Shown: positions 12,891 through 26,902 of the stretch, in pieces
Numbering within the stretch: position 1 is the stretch's first letter
Layout: every line of letters starts with the position of its first letter
Assembly (NCBI GenBank): GCA_951406725.2
Contig: OX597819.1
Location: 99,324,001-99,388,000 of the forward strand
From: Octopus vulgaris
Taxonomy: Eukaryota
Reading direction: 5' to 3'
DNA: 64,000 nt
Translations under genes and position numbers: made by a program
Notes under the pieces: generated by a model
What the model saw: the letters and a program-made list of their open reading frames with translations, nothing else
What the model was told of the DNA's origin: nothing
The model's database searches: none

Positions 12891-13914
12891 CTGCCACAAA
12901 GCAGATGAACCATGGAGTAACCCACTATGGTGTGGTAAACTTTTAGACCCTAGTCTAGATTGCGAATCCGCTATACCCCAAGATGGTTCAGCTCTCCACC
13001 CGTTAAAAGCCACCGTTTACGGAATGAGGGTAACAACGTAGCTTTCGCGCCCTCGCGACCAGTCTATCGCGTAGCTTAGAGTAGGCTCGAATTAGAGATT
13101 ATTCTTTGTGGTTAGTGGCGTGAGTCCTGATTAGAAGAAGAAGAAGAAGAAGAAGACAACAGCAGTATTAAAGGAACAAAAACAAAGAGCTTCGGTGTGG
13201 TCGATCTACATTAATGAAACAACTGGGAAGTCTCTATCAAGTCTCTCGACCTGGTAAAAATAGCAACCAAATCGTCCTCTTATTGCATTGGAAAGATGAA
13301 TATTGACAAAACAGACAAGATGATCATTCTTGGTTGTACTTTAAACAAGCCTGCTTATTCAAATCTAACTTGGACTTACAGAACAACAATGATAGAATTT
13401 ACAACTTAGCAAAAGGCAACAAATTTTAAAGGGAAGGGAATAGTCTTTACCAATAGCAAACCTGATTAATATATTGTTTTATTGTCATCCATATAAAGAA
13501 TGAAAGGCATAGTAGACTTCATCATGACTTGAAATTAGAATATAAAAAGCAGAAAAAATATCGGAGGAAATTTGATGATGATCGAATGATTTTCCCAATC
13601 GATTTTTCCAAATGATTTTCTCAGGCAATTTATTGAGGACTAATTCATTCAGTATGGCCATTTCTTAAGACGATATATTGAGAGAGATTTAGTTGCTATT
13701 TCGAGTAAATAAAGAGACCTTGTTGAGGCTTAGAGAAGTGGTTTGAACTTATATAAATATTAAGTATTTAAAGATATATTAGCAAGTACAAGATGGCTGA
13801 TGGCATGGGTCAATTTGCGAGCATACGCGCACACACGCGCGCACACTAATTGCTTCTAACACAAGCAGGGCTCCTCTAATAATAACAAGAGCAAGGGCAA
13901 CAACAACAACAAGA

Positions 13915-14452
13915 ATTTTTTCTACTATAAGCACAAGGCCTGAAATTTTGTGGGGAAGGGACAATTCGATTACATTAACTCCAGTGCTCGACTGGTGCTT
14001 ATTTCATAGACTCCGAAAGGATTGAGAGCAAAGTCAACCTCGGTGAAATTTGAACTCTAAACGTAAAGACGGACAAAATACTGCTGTGCATTTTGTCGGC
14101 GTGTTGAATGATTTCATTTATTTGCCACAAGGGCGAAAGGTGAGGGGGACAATACAGAGACAGACAAAGTGTGGGGATTTACATATAGTAATGAAATGAA
14201 AAAAAAATCCTTTCTACTATAGGCACAATGCCTGAAATTTCAGGTGCGTGGGTAGTCGATTACATCGATCCCAATGCTCAACTGGTACTTCCTTTAACAA
14301 CCCCGAAAGGCTGAAAGGTAAAGTCGACCCCGAAAGGATGAAAGGCAAAGTCGACCTCGGCAGAATTTGAACTCAGAACGTAGCGACGGTCGAAATACCG
14401 CTAATCGTTTTGCAGCCCGACTCAGCATGCTAACGATTCTGCCAGCTCGCTG
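13915..14452 (-). mobile_element. Two adjacent SINE family A copies, degenerate
   Basis: CCGAAAGGATGAAAGGCAAAGTCGACCTCGGC core present twice, with an internal duplication in the second copy. Confidence 0.8.
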
Positions 14453-14574
14453 CCGTTCATATTTCAACAAATTTACTGGGAAATTGCATCTCTCTCCCCT
14501 TTTCCGAGTGGAGAAAGCAATGAGAGTGTGAGAAGTAGAACTGACATGTGCTAATGAATCGCAAGGCAAAGTGA

Positions 14575-15075
14575 AAATATTCAGACATTTTTTCCGAGGA
14601 AACTCGCTCTCTCCATTACTCTTCATCATTGCTCCCCTGACAAGTATACTAAGAAAATCCAGGCCTGCCTATGGATTTACCAAATCCCAGATGAGAATAA
14701 AGCACCTACTTTATATGGATGACCTCAAACTGTATACAAAAAGAAAAGAGAAAAAAAAAATGAGGCAGACCTAGACCGTTTGATCCAAACCGTGAGAGTA
14801 TTCAGTAGAGATACTGGAATGCAGTTTGGAGGGAAATAAATGCGCGGTGCTAATTATGAAGAGAAGTCGGAAGATGAACTCTGATGGCACAAAATTACCG
14901 GAAGACAATATCATTAGATCGATGAAGTATATTGTGGGTTACAAATATGTAGGAGAGCTGCAAAATGATAGCATAATGGAAGAAGAAACGAGAGAGACAG
15001 TCGCTAAACAGTATAAGAGGATTAGGAAAAAGATCGAGACAAAATTAAATTGTAGGAACAACATGGGCTATGTTC
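14575..15075 (+). pseudogene. Degenerate reverse transcriptase fragment (Dong/R4-like)
   Basis: FRGNSLSPLLF...KHLLYMDDLKLY, then KCAVL, GYKYVG, ETKLNCRN; frameshifted. Confidence 0.8.
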
Positions 15076-15096
15076 ATACTGCAGAGAGCTGGCATT

Positions 15097-15695
15097 GTTA
15101 GTTAGTTAGTTAGTTAGTTAATTTGGCTCAAAAGCAAATAGCAAGGCCATGTAGGGGGACATGGAGTTAAGTACAGGGTGGTGTTCATGTAAAGAGTTCA
15201 GGCCACTTGAGGTCCAGGGAGGCTTTGAACAAAGCGGTCGTCGGCATCTTCACCATCTCGTCTGGCAGCTTGTTCCACGGATCCACAACCCGGACGGAGA
15301 AAGCTCCTCTCCTTCGATTGAGATGAAATCGTCGCAGGTAGAGCTTTTCGGAATGACCCCGCAGCCGACGCTCCGGAGCAGGAGTGAAGAACAGCTCTTT
15401 CGAGAGGTTACACTTCCCGCTTATGATGTTGTGGGCGAGAATGAGATCACCACGGCGGCGGCGTTTTTCAAGAGAACAAAGGTCGAGGGTCCTCAGCCTT
15501 TCTTCGTAGGACAAATTTTTGAGACCATGAACCATGCGGGTAGCCAGCCTCTGGACTCTTTCGAGGTGCTGTATGTTTTTGAGGAGATAAGGAGAAGAGG
15601 CTTGAATCCCATACTCCAATATGGGTCTCACCAGCGTGACATAGAGTGGCAGGAATATGGCTGCTGTGAGCATTCCGAATGACCGTCGAATCAAA
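15097..15695 (-). mobile_element. 5'-truncated CR1-clade LINE (C-terminus, short 3' UTR, (TAAC)n tail)
   Basis: LYVTLVRPILEY, LERVQRLATRMV, SYEERL, RRRRGDLI, RGH, FSVRVVDPWNKLP; uninterrupted frame 15185-15694. Confidence 0.9.
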
Positions 15696-15739
15696 AACAG
15701 AATTCCGCGCGCTTTGTTGGCAGCATGGACGCACCTTGC

Positions 15740-18700
15740 ACGTGACAGCCGCTATTCAACACAATCCGCAGCTCAACACAATCCCACAAGTCTCTAAGGC
15801 ATGGACATTGAATGATTGTATGCAGGACGCTTTCGTCCTTCTGCATGCATCTCAGGCAGGTCCAGCTGTTGGCACTTCCACGTCTAAAAAGCTTTCTTGA
15901 ACAAATAATGTGTCCCTGTAACAATGTCATACCAAAGACGTTTTGAAATTGTCCATGTTTTCGACCGGAAAGTAGTCTGGAAGTGACCATTCAGACTGTT
16001 CTCATTGACGCCCAAAATTAATCCTAGGCCATCAATTAACCCCCTTTAGAAATCTTGGGTTGTTTTCACACTAACGGTTTTGTATAACTGGTACAATGCA
16101 GTGAGAGCCTGATAACATACTAGATGTTAAACGCTCAAACTTGGTCTATGTTAAGCGGAGGCACAATGGCCCAGTGGTTAGGGCAGCGGACTCGCGGTCA
16201 CAGGATCGCGGTTTCGATTCCCAGACCGGGCGTTGTGAGTGTTTATTGAGCGAAAACACCTAAAGCTCCACGAGGCTCCGGCAGGGGGTGGTGATCCCTG
16301 CTGTACTCTTTCACCACAACTTTCTCTTACTTCCTGTTTCTGTTGTACCTGTATTTCAAAGGGCCGGCCTTGTCACTCTCTATGTCACGCTGAATATCCC
16401 CGAGAACTACGTTAAGGGTACAAGTGTCTGTGGAGTGCTCAGCCACTTACACGTTAATTTCACGAGCAGGCTGTTCCGTTGATTCGGATCAACCGGAACC
16501 CTCATCGTCGTAACCGACGGAGTGCTTCCAGACCAGGTCTATGTTAGACTCATGATTGCAGTTCCATCAATGGAATGAGCTGCGGAAAGACGTGTTGACC
16601 GACGTACATACTAGTTCACCCTTGTTTTCGTCGCCGTCGTTCATACCATCGCAGTGATTTAGATATTTCTGCAGATGCGACAGCCTCAACGCGTGACACT
16701 ACATCATCAAGGATGGCATCACAAGATCGCCACGGAGCGGTGCAGATGGATTTTCTGACAAGAGGAATCTGACCCTTCCATAAGAATCGAAAAAGCAAGC
16801 GCTCCAATCTGGCGAGTGTTTTCTTTGGAAAAGGTACGGCGGCTAGGTGGTAGTACACTACTGAGGAGATGTGTGCATCTGCTGCGTCCACCCGCCTTTC
16901 AGAGATGGCTTCTATTCTGTCTATTTGTAGGTGAGCCTAGCCACCCTGACCATGATCTCTTCCTAGTTTCTATCAACCTGGAGATCTGGTCCGAACTAGA
17001 CTCCGAATACTTTTACTGCCCCCCCCCGCCGTCTAACGAGAGAAATCACCACTCGTCAAAATGTACTTGCCTCTCCAAGAGCCTAGTTACAAACCCAATG
17101 ATTTGTCCTGGTTTATGTGTTCCTGTACATACCTGATATTCTTTCAGTATACTGTCAGTCGTTTCTATATCCGAAGAGTCGGACACTATGACAGTGACGT
17201 CGTCCGAGTATGCAGACACAGCTCTCCCGTGACCCAGTTCCAGCGGAATACTCCTCAAACTCTCCAATCTTCGTAGTAAATGTTCTGATGCCAAAAAATA
17301 AAAGTGGAGAAATAGAGCATCTTTGGCGGATCGAGCGTTTGATATTGAAAGGTTCCGAGAGGAGGCCTTTGAATTTGGCGACCGAGCAAATACCACTATG
17401 TACTGTGGCCCTCGAAAGTCAGATCTATTCCCGACCCGTTCCACGATGTGCCGCATGAGATTAGGGTTGTCGTGGATAGACCTACAAAAGATCGCACAGG
17501 CTTGTGCGTCAACAAGACTCTTGGCAAGCGCCTTAGCTAGAGTCTTTAATTTAGTGTTGAGTAAAGTTATAGGCCAGAAGTTTTCAATCACGTCCCACTC
17601 TTCGTGTGCTTCCTCAGCAGAGTCACCACGTCCAGGCTGATACGATTGGCAGTGCACCCAGTCTGTTGGCAGGTGTGGTAAACGGCTGCACCCAGTCAGT
17701 TGCCAGATGCAGTAGAAGGCTGCAAATAAGTCAGACATGTGGAAATATAGTTCATAGGCAGACCATTCAATCCTGGCGATTTGCGTTCCACAAAGCGGTT
17801 CAGTACATCTTCCACTTCTGCCACTGAAATTGGCTTCTCGCAACAATCTCTCGGTTCGATAAGGGCGACATACCATTGAGGTAGGCCTCAAAGTCCGCTA
17901 TCTCAAGTATGCCACTCCTCGAAAAGAGTTCAGCGAAGTGCTACCGAAACATTGCGCTCATCTGTTTGGAATCGGAAACCATACGGCTCTAAGGACCATG
18001 ACAGACCGAATTCTAGATTAATTGCCATGCTGTACATACTAGATTAATTGCCTTGCAGAAACCTTTGAGAACCCAAGTTCTTTTGTCACAATGTTGTCTG
18101 CTCTTTCATTTGAGATGCCCTGTCTCTCAGCTATCTGGCGACATGATATACGACTAACAGCTTTTGACCTTCATGTTTCAGCACACGCACCCTAGCTCGA
18201 AAACCGTGTTTCATGTCGAAGAAATGATCAAGTGCCATTTTCGCCACTAACATGTCGCTTGCTATTTATCTTCTGTATGCTATTTCTAAGCTACTTACTA
18301 GTTTATTTTCTATTCTTTAGTTTTCTAAGGAAATTTCTTTGCTAAAATTAACTAATGCCTCTCTGATTTTCCGTTGTAAGGAAACCTACCACCTATTTTT
18401 GGTGATGATTCCCGTCAATTCTCGTTTAACTTGTTTACTATTTCCCTGAAATCTTTCCGCATCGAGAAGGTCGCATCCCTCTTCCACAAACTGGGTTTTT
18501 GTCTCATTGTTTTTTCTAAGCTGACTGTAAAGGTTCCGAATTGATGATCTGAATACCCAACGATCTGAAAATGTAGCAACTTATCTTATGTTTATCTGCT
18601 AGCCTAATAAAATCTATTTAAGTCCATATTGGTTTATGTGGGAAATCGGGGCTAAGCCTGACATACAGTTGGAATTGTCTGAGAAGGTTAGTGAGGCTTT

Positions 18701-20450
18701 TGCACTCCACCCTCCTATCAACTACACCCACATAATCTTTGCTTGTGTTTAAGATTCCACTCCAGTCGCTCACTAATACTAATGAGCGATATGTTCCGAC
18801 GAAAGTCTCTAGACCTCTAAAAGAAATCCAGCTCTCCGGCTCCTTTTGGAGCATAGACTGCAACTTGTCTGAAGGTTCTACCGTCACTTTCCTTACCGCT
18901 TACGTCCAAGATTACGATCCTACTGACAATGTCTAGAAAAACCGTACTTACCTTTACGTCAAGGCCTTTCTGAAACAGAACCTCGACTACGTTTGATGCA
19001 GACTGACCGAAGGTGACATAAATTTTGTAGTCGTCCAGAAGTAGAGCAAGCGATTGCTTTCTGGAAATCCTAGATTCACTAATGGCTACTTCATCCAGAC
19101 TTTGTGACTTGAGGTCATCGTGCAGGTAACCCTGTTTCCACGTTGCCATTAGGCCACGAGCGTTTGCACAATCTGTTCTTAGAATTTCCATTCTAAGAGG
19201 AGGGAGATAAACAGAAGAGCCAGTCACTTACCATAGTCTTGAGTTGACTCTTTTTCAGAGCCTTTAAACGAGCCTTCTAATACGCTTCTGTCTAATAAGT
19301 CTTTCAAAACCCTCACATAATATGGGTAAGGTTTCCCAAAATACGATACATAGTGTGTGTTGTTCTTAACAGAACCCTCCCTTTTGGGCTTTTGGCATTG
19401 GTAAAATCATTAAGACCATCAGCTGTAGTTTTGTTTTTATTAGAGTCTACAAATTCTTCGTTCTCCTGCCATAAAACTGAGTAATTGAGTGGCTCATCCG
19501 AGAGATGTTACTCTAATTGTTCTGACTCTTGTGGCTGATATGGTTGTATTTCTTTAGATTTCATCTGTTGCTGATCCTATTGTGCCTTTCGCTGTTGCTG
19601 AGAATGCTGTTTCTGTTTCTTTGTGTTGCTGTAGTTGGTGTATTTCTTTTTGTTGTTTTTGCTTCTTGTCACTTTGTTTTTGAGAATGGACGCGCCGTTT
19701 TGAAGGTTAATCAGCTTGATGCCTAAAAAAGTTTGAGATTTAGGGGTTACATCTGTATTTTCTCTCTCTCTCTTTGTTTTTGTTTTGGTGGTGGTGGAGG
19801 GCCACTGAACGGTAATTTTGTCTCGTCCTTGACTCATTCTATATCCGAGGAGTCAGTAGGATTTCCATTTGTTTGTTTTTATCTGCTCCTGTGCTTGTCG
19901 TGCTTTCCTCTTCGGCATTTCAACGGATTTGGTGTTTGGAATAGTGGTGCTGAATGAGGTACCTTTCTCGACTTCACAGTGGTGATCAGTTTTGCCAAAA
20001 ATATAAAATCTGAGTTTCCTACCTTCCACGACCATCCGCATCTGTTCGCACTCTGAAATAAAAAATATCTTAGATACTATGAACTTCTTCCAGAGTAGCC
20101 AAAACCTGGAACTCCGTTGACACTCCTGTTCGGTTTTGCTTAGGCTTGCTTTCATGCTCATTATCGCCCCGTGGTGCTCCAGAAGGGCCATTACTATGGT
20201 CTGGTCCTTATGAGGAAGTACTTTTGAAGCCCTGACTTAGGGCACGCGACGTCCCATGTATAAGGGAAACATCACGGACTGGTTGAAAGAGGAGGTCATT
20301 GTAGCCAACCTGCACACTTCCTCTTCGTTGCCGCAGATAGTTACCATAGTCCCATATTGCCTTTCTCGGCAGGCTATACTTCTTCCAGGCATTTTCCATT
20401 TCGGCTAAGGTCGGGTATTGTGGCTTTTGTTTTTGTGCAATTAATGCACT
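15740..20450 (-). mobile_element. Near full-length degenerate L1/Tx1-like LINE (ORF1 relic, APE endonuclease, RT, C-terminal Cys/His motif)
   Basis: CANARGL...VAISESR and VAVYAP (APE); WPITLLNTKLKTLAKALA and SAYSDDVTV (RT); LFRFLWKG; CLRC..KDESVLHTIIQCP; many stops. Boundaries approximate. Confidence 0.8.
16157..16535 (+). mobile_element. Full-length SINE family B nested in the Tx1-like LINE
   Basis: tRNA-like head; 11-bp TSD GGTCTATGTTA at 16143-16153 and 16536-16546. Confidence 0.9.
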
Positions 20451-21489
20451 TATTTATTATTGATTTTTTTCTGGGGCAAAATTTCCTCTTCTGAGAATGC
20501 TATGATACTAGACCAATGGCCTCTGCTTTCCCTTCAAGTGATTGGGTGATCTACATATTTGTATCATTTCTGAAAGATTTTTCCTCTGAGTGTGTTTTAT
20601 CGTTACTGTCTTTGTAAAAAGAATTACTGTTGTTCTCCTTAGTGACACTGTCGTAGCTGTCAGTGCTCTAGTTGATTTCGTTACTACTGCTGATGATTAT
20701 GCTATTATTGCTGTTGTTATTCCTGGTTTGGTCACTATTGTTGTTCTTGTTGGGTCATGCTGGTGTTAGTAGTCTTGTTTTGGCTGTCGACGTTGTACCT
20801 ATTGACTTCTTGTTTTGCCTATTGGTGTGGCTTTTGGTGGTGTTGTTGATGGTATTATTGTTCGTAGGTTTTTGCAAGTCTCAATGGGTGTGGCGTTCGC
20901 CACTCTTGGTTGACTGCAAGGTCTGACCCAAGACATGGATGACAATGTCAAGTGACGAAAAATAGTAATCTGTCCTGATGCAAAACCAGGTAGTGGCTCT
21001 CATACCTTCTGATCTTCACTAATTGTGTTAACATCTACATGTTTTGTCTTGGTGTAATATATTCTGCACAATACCACAGATTTATCTTTCAGTTTCTTGA
21101 TCTTAACCAGTTGAGCAGTCATTTAGCGGCGGATGATATGTGCATCTCTGATCATTAGCGGGTGTAGTGAGGAATCATCATAGCCATGTGTTGAGAGGAA
21201 TTCTTTGGGGCTTGATCAATTAATACCTGGAAACATGAGTGTTTCGTTCATTATCCTTAAAGAAACCGTATTACCTGGAAAAAACTCTAACTAAGCTTCA
21301 CCTGCAGTTTCATGCACTGTTTATCTTGGTATAAGGTCACCATATCGCCTCCATATGTTTGTGATGCATATACCTGGTATACTCTTATCAAACGCGTAGT
21401 CATGATGAGTATATTGGCTTAGTATAATTGTACCCCAGTTTTACTTTCATGGGGGTGTACTTGTCCCTCACTTAATTGCAACATTATAT

Positions 21490-21695
21490 TGGTTTCAAAT
21501 GTTGGTACAAGGTCAGCAATTTCGGAGGAGGGGCTACGTCGATTGCATCGAGCCCAGTACTTATATTATCGATCCCCGGAAGGATGAAGGGCAAAGTCGA
21601 TCCCGGCGGCACTTGAGCTCAGAACACGAAGACAGACAAAATGCCGCTAAGCGTTTGCCTGGCGTGCCAATGATTCTGTCAGTTCGCAGCCTTCG
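21490..21695 (-). mobile_element. SINE family A, degenerate
   Basis: GGAAGGATGAAGGGCAAAGTCGATCCCGGCGG core. Confidence 0.7.
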
Positions 21696-21743
21696 GTAGT
21701 AATATCATTATTATTAACAACAACAACAACAACAACAACAACA

Positions 21744-21802
<59 letters not shown>

Positions 21803-22077
21803 AATAATAATAATTCGACCATAGCTCTGATCCTCCGTGGTACTTCGGGGTTCAATTGACGTTCGGCTATTGTAAGCAAATCTCTTTCCCAGTTCAGTAC
21901 ATTCTTCAGCTTACTCAAAGATTTTAGACACTCTAGTTACATCTCTTTAATTTTTCTTTAATACAAAATGTTATTATTTCTTCTCTTTTGTTTCACTTTT
22001 CTTCTCATTTTTGTTACTTTTTGCGCATTTAGTGTCGTTTTATATTTCCCTTCGACTGGCTATTTAGAATAAGCTTC

Positions 22078-22149
<72 letters not shown>

Positions 22150-22201
22150 AACATGTGCATGCATAAATACATATATACCTAACTACATTCATACCCACGC
22201 A

Positions 22202-22236
<35 letters not shown>

Positions 22237-23283
22237 TTATATGTGAACACAAGACAACAAGAACAAAAAACAGACGGCAACGATTAGTCGCCATTCAGTA
22301 GCTTGCTTTCATTGTTCTCTATCTCTTAATAATTTTGCTCTAGCCATCACTCTACAGTTGGGTATTGTTACGAAAATACACTAACACATCTTTATAGCAG
22401 TTAATTACAGACGCGTACACATACACACAGACACACAGACCAAACACACGGATGTGGAAACACAAAGATACATACATATGTCGCCTGCTTCATGAGTGTG
22501 TATGTATGTATATATGCATGTTATGTACATTAAATCAGAGTAATCAATTTGCTTAAATCTCGTCTTTAAAGAGTGACGAGCCGTAAAGAACGACCATCAA
22601 GACTCTATGAAAGCATTAGACTTAACTATAACATCAACTACTTATTGCCTTGAACAGTTAATTGAAGGTAGGTCCGGGAGAGGTAGGGATAATTAAGGAG
22701 AAGTAAGAGAAAGAGAAAGAGAGAGAGAGATGATGAATAAACGAAGATGAGATAGTGCAATGGTGCTGATGGTGGTGGGAGTGGAGAAGATGAAGCTGTA
22801 AAATTCTCTTTGAGGTTTCTTACAAATACTTAAAAGAAAAGCAAGGTAGAAATGAAAAAAGCAATTAGTGTATTATTTTTACAACAAGCACAGTATTTGT
22901 GCTAGAGTTAATAACTCCCAGCATTACCTGGAGACCTTTCAAACCTAAAATTAGTTATTGTTTCTAAAATTTACTACTTATTTCTTTATTTCTGATTGTT
23001 TTTGTATCGTTCTTTATTTTCCTTTAATTTTTGTTTCATATATTTCACCCTCCTCACATTCCCTTTATACGTTTGTTATTATATCTCCGTGTATTTGTGC
23101 TATTCGTACAGCTATATGTATACATACAAAAACACATATATAGACACACATACACACATATATATATAAACACAAAATACTCACACACACAGGTATATAC
23201 CATAGAAAATACTCTCTCTCACACACACATATATATATACATGTATATTTCTGTACACATATGCGCATATACGATGCGTGTAT

Positions 23284-23364
<81 letters not shown>

Positions 23365-23566
23365 TATATATACATATACATACATTCATTCATACTTATT
23401 TAAATATATACATACATGCGTACATACATAGACAACGTTACATACATACATTCTTGCATACATACAGACATACTTACACATGCATACATGCATATGTGTG
23501 TGTGCGTGTGTGTATACATACATGCATAAATACATACATACATACATACATACATACATACATACA

Positions 23567-23600
<34 letters not shown>

Positions 23601-24685
23601 CATACACACACACGCACGCACGCACACACACATATATGTACATACATACACTCTAACTTCTCCGTTTTTATAGGATCTTACCTTCTGATAAGATTTCGTG
23701 ATCGTAAATCCGAAACAACAACAACAACAACAACAACAACAATAACAACAACAACAATAGCAGCAACAAAAAAAGATCATGAATAAAACTACCAACAACA
23801 ATGAGAAAAAAAAATCACATTTATAAATAAAATTGTATGAAAATTGCATCAGCTGTGCGGTTCTCATTGGTCTCAAAGAACAGGTAGATATTGTGATGGA
23901 GTGGCCTCGCGTTGACTGTTGATGGTAGCCATTAAAGAACGAATGAATGATGTTTGTGAACTGTTGTTGGTAGTTTAAATCTATTGCTCTTTTATGTCAA
24001 TTGTCCACTAAGTCTAGGCAGTGATAAAAAAACACTTTTAGCTGAGTGTTGTTCACAGACAATTCTCACCGTTTCATTCAGTCAATATTGGTGTCCATTA
24101 TATGCATTATATCGTGTTGCTCAATACGAATGTATTGTCAGTGATATGGCTGTCGTAGATGATCAGATAAACAGTATGATAGCCTAACAAACAGGATAGC
24201 AGGTCCAATAGAGCGACACACAAATAGCCAATACCTGTACGACTATAGAATAAGTATATAAGTATATATGCTTTCTACACAATATGGACATTGTTTTGGT
24301 TAAATCAGAACGGGCGTTAGTATTCTTGCATGGTGTCTTTTTAAGGTAAAAGAGAAAGAAAAAAAGAAAGAAAAAGAATATCCTTCTGCCAGAAATTATT
24401 TTATTGTTTTTAATGAAGTATATGAACAGTGTTCGAAGATGATTAATTAGTAAAACACACTGAGAATTAACATCGATTAGAGAAACGAAGCTGAGAAAAT
24501 GGACATACGGTTTAAAATAAAATTTAGCAGCGGGACAATGTCAACAGAAACATACATGACACATAACCAAGGATAATAGTAACAAAATAAATGTTATTTT
24601 GACAGTATAGTAATAAATGTCTGCAGTAAGGTACTACCTATCTGGAAATATTGTCTCAGAGAGAAAGCTATTGATTCTCTTTCCT

Positions 24686-24781
<96 letters not shown>

Positions 24782-24885
24782 TTTCTTTCTTTCTTTCTTT
24801 TTCTCTTTCTTTCTTTCTTCATCTGTACACATACATACATATACGTACATGTACGTATACATAGACACACATACATACATATATA

Positions 24886-24979
<94 letters not shown>

Positions 24980-25156
24980 TCAATAAATGGTAGGGTTGTG
25001 TTGACCGCACGTGGAGAAATGATAAGCAAGGAAAAATTGTAAAAATTGATATATATTTATATATTTTATCAAATTTTCAAAAACTTTTTCCATACACCCA
25101 TTTGCATTAAAATTTTCTTTCAAGTTAGCATTCTGCATTTTTACAATTTTTCTTTG

Positions 25157-25199
<43 letters not shown>

Positions 25200-25201
<2 letters not shown>

Positions 25202-25532
25202 CGGAGATGTACTCGCATAGCAAGTAATTTGATCTGAGATCGTGTGCTGAAACGAAAACAATTGCAGCGTGGAAGGTGTTTATAAGCCATTTAAGAAACA
25301 CACAAAAGCCGTTCGATTCACTTCAACATTTAAGTTTAATTTGTCAAAATATTTTCGTCGCTAAAATCCGCGACCTGTTCACTGACAAGAGATGCAGCAG
25401 GGGTTTTTGTCAGTGAACAGGTCGCGGATTTTAGCGACGAAAATATTTTGACAAATTAAACTTAAATGTTGAAGTGAATCGAACGGCTTTTGTGTGTTTC
25501 TTAAATGGCTTATAAACACCTTCCACGCTGCA

Positions 25533-25537
<5 letters not shown>
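25200..25537. mobile_element. Perfect 131-bp inverted repeat with an 18-nt spacer, inserted in (TA)n; Penelope-type or retrozyme-like
   Basis: 25258-25388 is the reverse complement of 25407-25537; (TA)n on both sides. Confidence 0.9.
25406..25455 (+). ncRNA. Minimal type I hammerhead, G3-C8 variant; mirror copy on the minus strand at ~25340-25388
   Basis: TTTGTCA-GTGAACA-G-GTCGC[GGATTTTA]GCGAC-GAAA-ATAT-TT-TGACAAA. Confidence 0.65.
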
Positions 25538-25594
<57 letters not shown>

Positions 25595-25597
25595 CAT

Positions 25598-25684
<87 letters not shown>

Positions 25685-25900
25685 GGGGGGAGAATTCACA
25701 AAAAATACAAAAGACGAAGACAGGTGGTGTAGACAACAAACTGATGTATTGGTATAACGCGCGGGAAGTGAAAATGTCTTTAACGTTTCGAACCTATGTT
25801 CTTCCACAGAAAGGAACACAGAAAGAAACAAAGAGAGAAAATAAAGAATGTGCAGTGGGGAAGCGATGAAGACGTTACCAACTTTTATTGGAAAGATGTT
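25685..25900 (-). mobile_element. Penelope-like 3'-terminal fragment with a degenerate hammerhead-like motif
   Basis: Minus strand CTTTCTGTGGAAGAACATAGGTTCGAAACGTTAAAG; abuts (TA)n; homologous to 26740-26902. Confidence 0.6.
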
Positions 25901-25960
25901 TTTTTCGTTTCGTCTTTTCACATATATGTGATGATGGGGCGTGCGTGTATGTTTGCATAC

Positions 25961-25991
<31 letters not shown>

Positions 25992-26169
25992 CATTTATAT
26001 ATGTATATGTATTTATGTATGTATGTATGTATGTATGTATGTATGTATGTATGTATGTATGTATGTATAGATGCATACATACACTCACGCCCCATCATCA
26101 CATATATTTGAAAAAACGAAAGCGCTCACACATTTAAAAAAACTGTATTAAGTAATTCTCATAGACTTT

Positions 26170-26205
<36 letters not shown>

Positions 26206-26289
26206 CATATACTTTTATATATATCTCCCCCTCCCCCTCTTCTCCTCTCTCCACACTACACCACACGACTTTACACATCACATCATATA

Positions 26290-26600
26290 TGATGTGCCAT
26301 ACTAATACATACTAATACATACACCAACCCTATACATACACACGTCCAGACCTTTCATACGCACTTATACTCTCTCATACACACACACACACACTTATAC
26401 ATACTAATACGTACTAATACATACTAATACATACTAATACATACACCAACCCCATACATACGCACGTCCAGACCTATCATACGCACTAATACTCTCTCAT
26501 ACACTCACACACACACACCCTTATACATACTAATACATACTAATACATACACCAACCCTATACATACACACGTCCAGACCTCTCCTACGCACTAATAGCT
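26290..26600. repeat. Composite minisatellite: (CATACTAATA)n inside ~3 longer units containing CACGTCCAGACCT
   Basis: Directly visible. Confidence 0.85.
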
Positions 26601-26619
26601 GGTCATTCAACCCTATTAT

Positions 26620-26902
26620 CAACCCTATTATCTCCCCTTATTTCGCTCTCGCGTCTCATGTTTGATCTTTGACCTCTGGCCGAAATCAGATCGCCATGTT
26701 GATTCGTTAGTTACTGCACGCATTTTTTTCTCTCCTTCTTTCTGTGTTTTTTTTCTCTCTGTGTATCTTTCTGTTGAAGAGCGTAGGCTCGAAACGTTAA
26801 AGACTTGTTTTATTTATATTTCCTGAGCGCCATACTAATACAATTGTTTGTTTGTTTCCCACCTGCCTTCGTCTTTTGTCTATTTTGATAAAGCTTCCCG
26901 TT
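26620..26902 (+). mobile_element. Penelope-like 3'-terminal fragment with a hammerhead-like motif
   Basis: TCTTT-CTGTTGA-A-GAGC[GTAG]GCTC-GAAA-CG-TT-AAAGA at ~26766-26804; ends in (TA)n. Confidence 0.6.
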
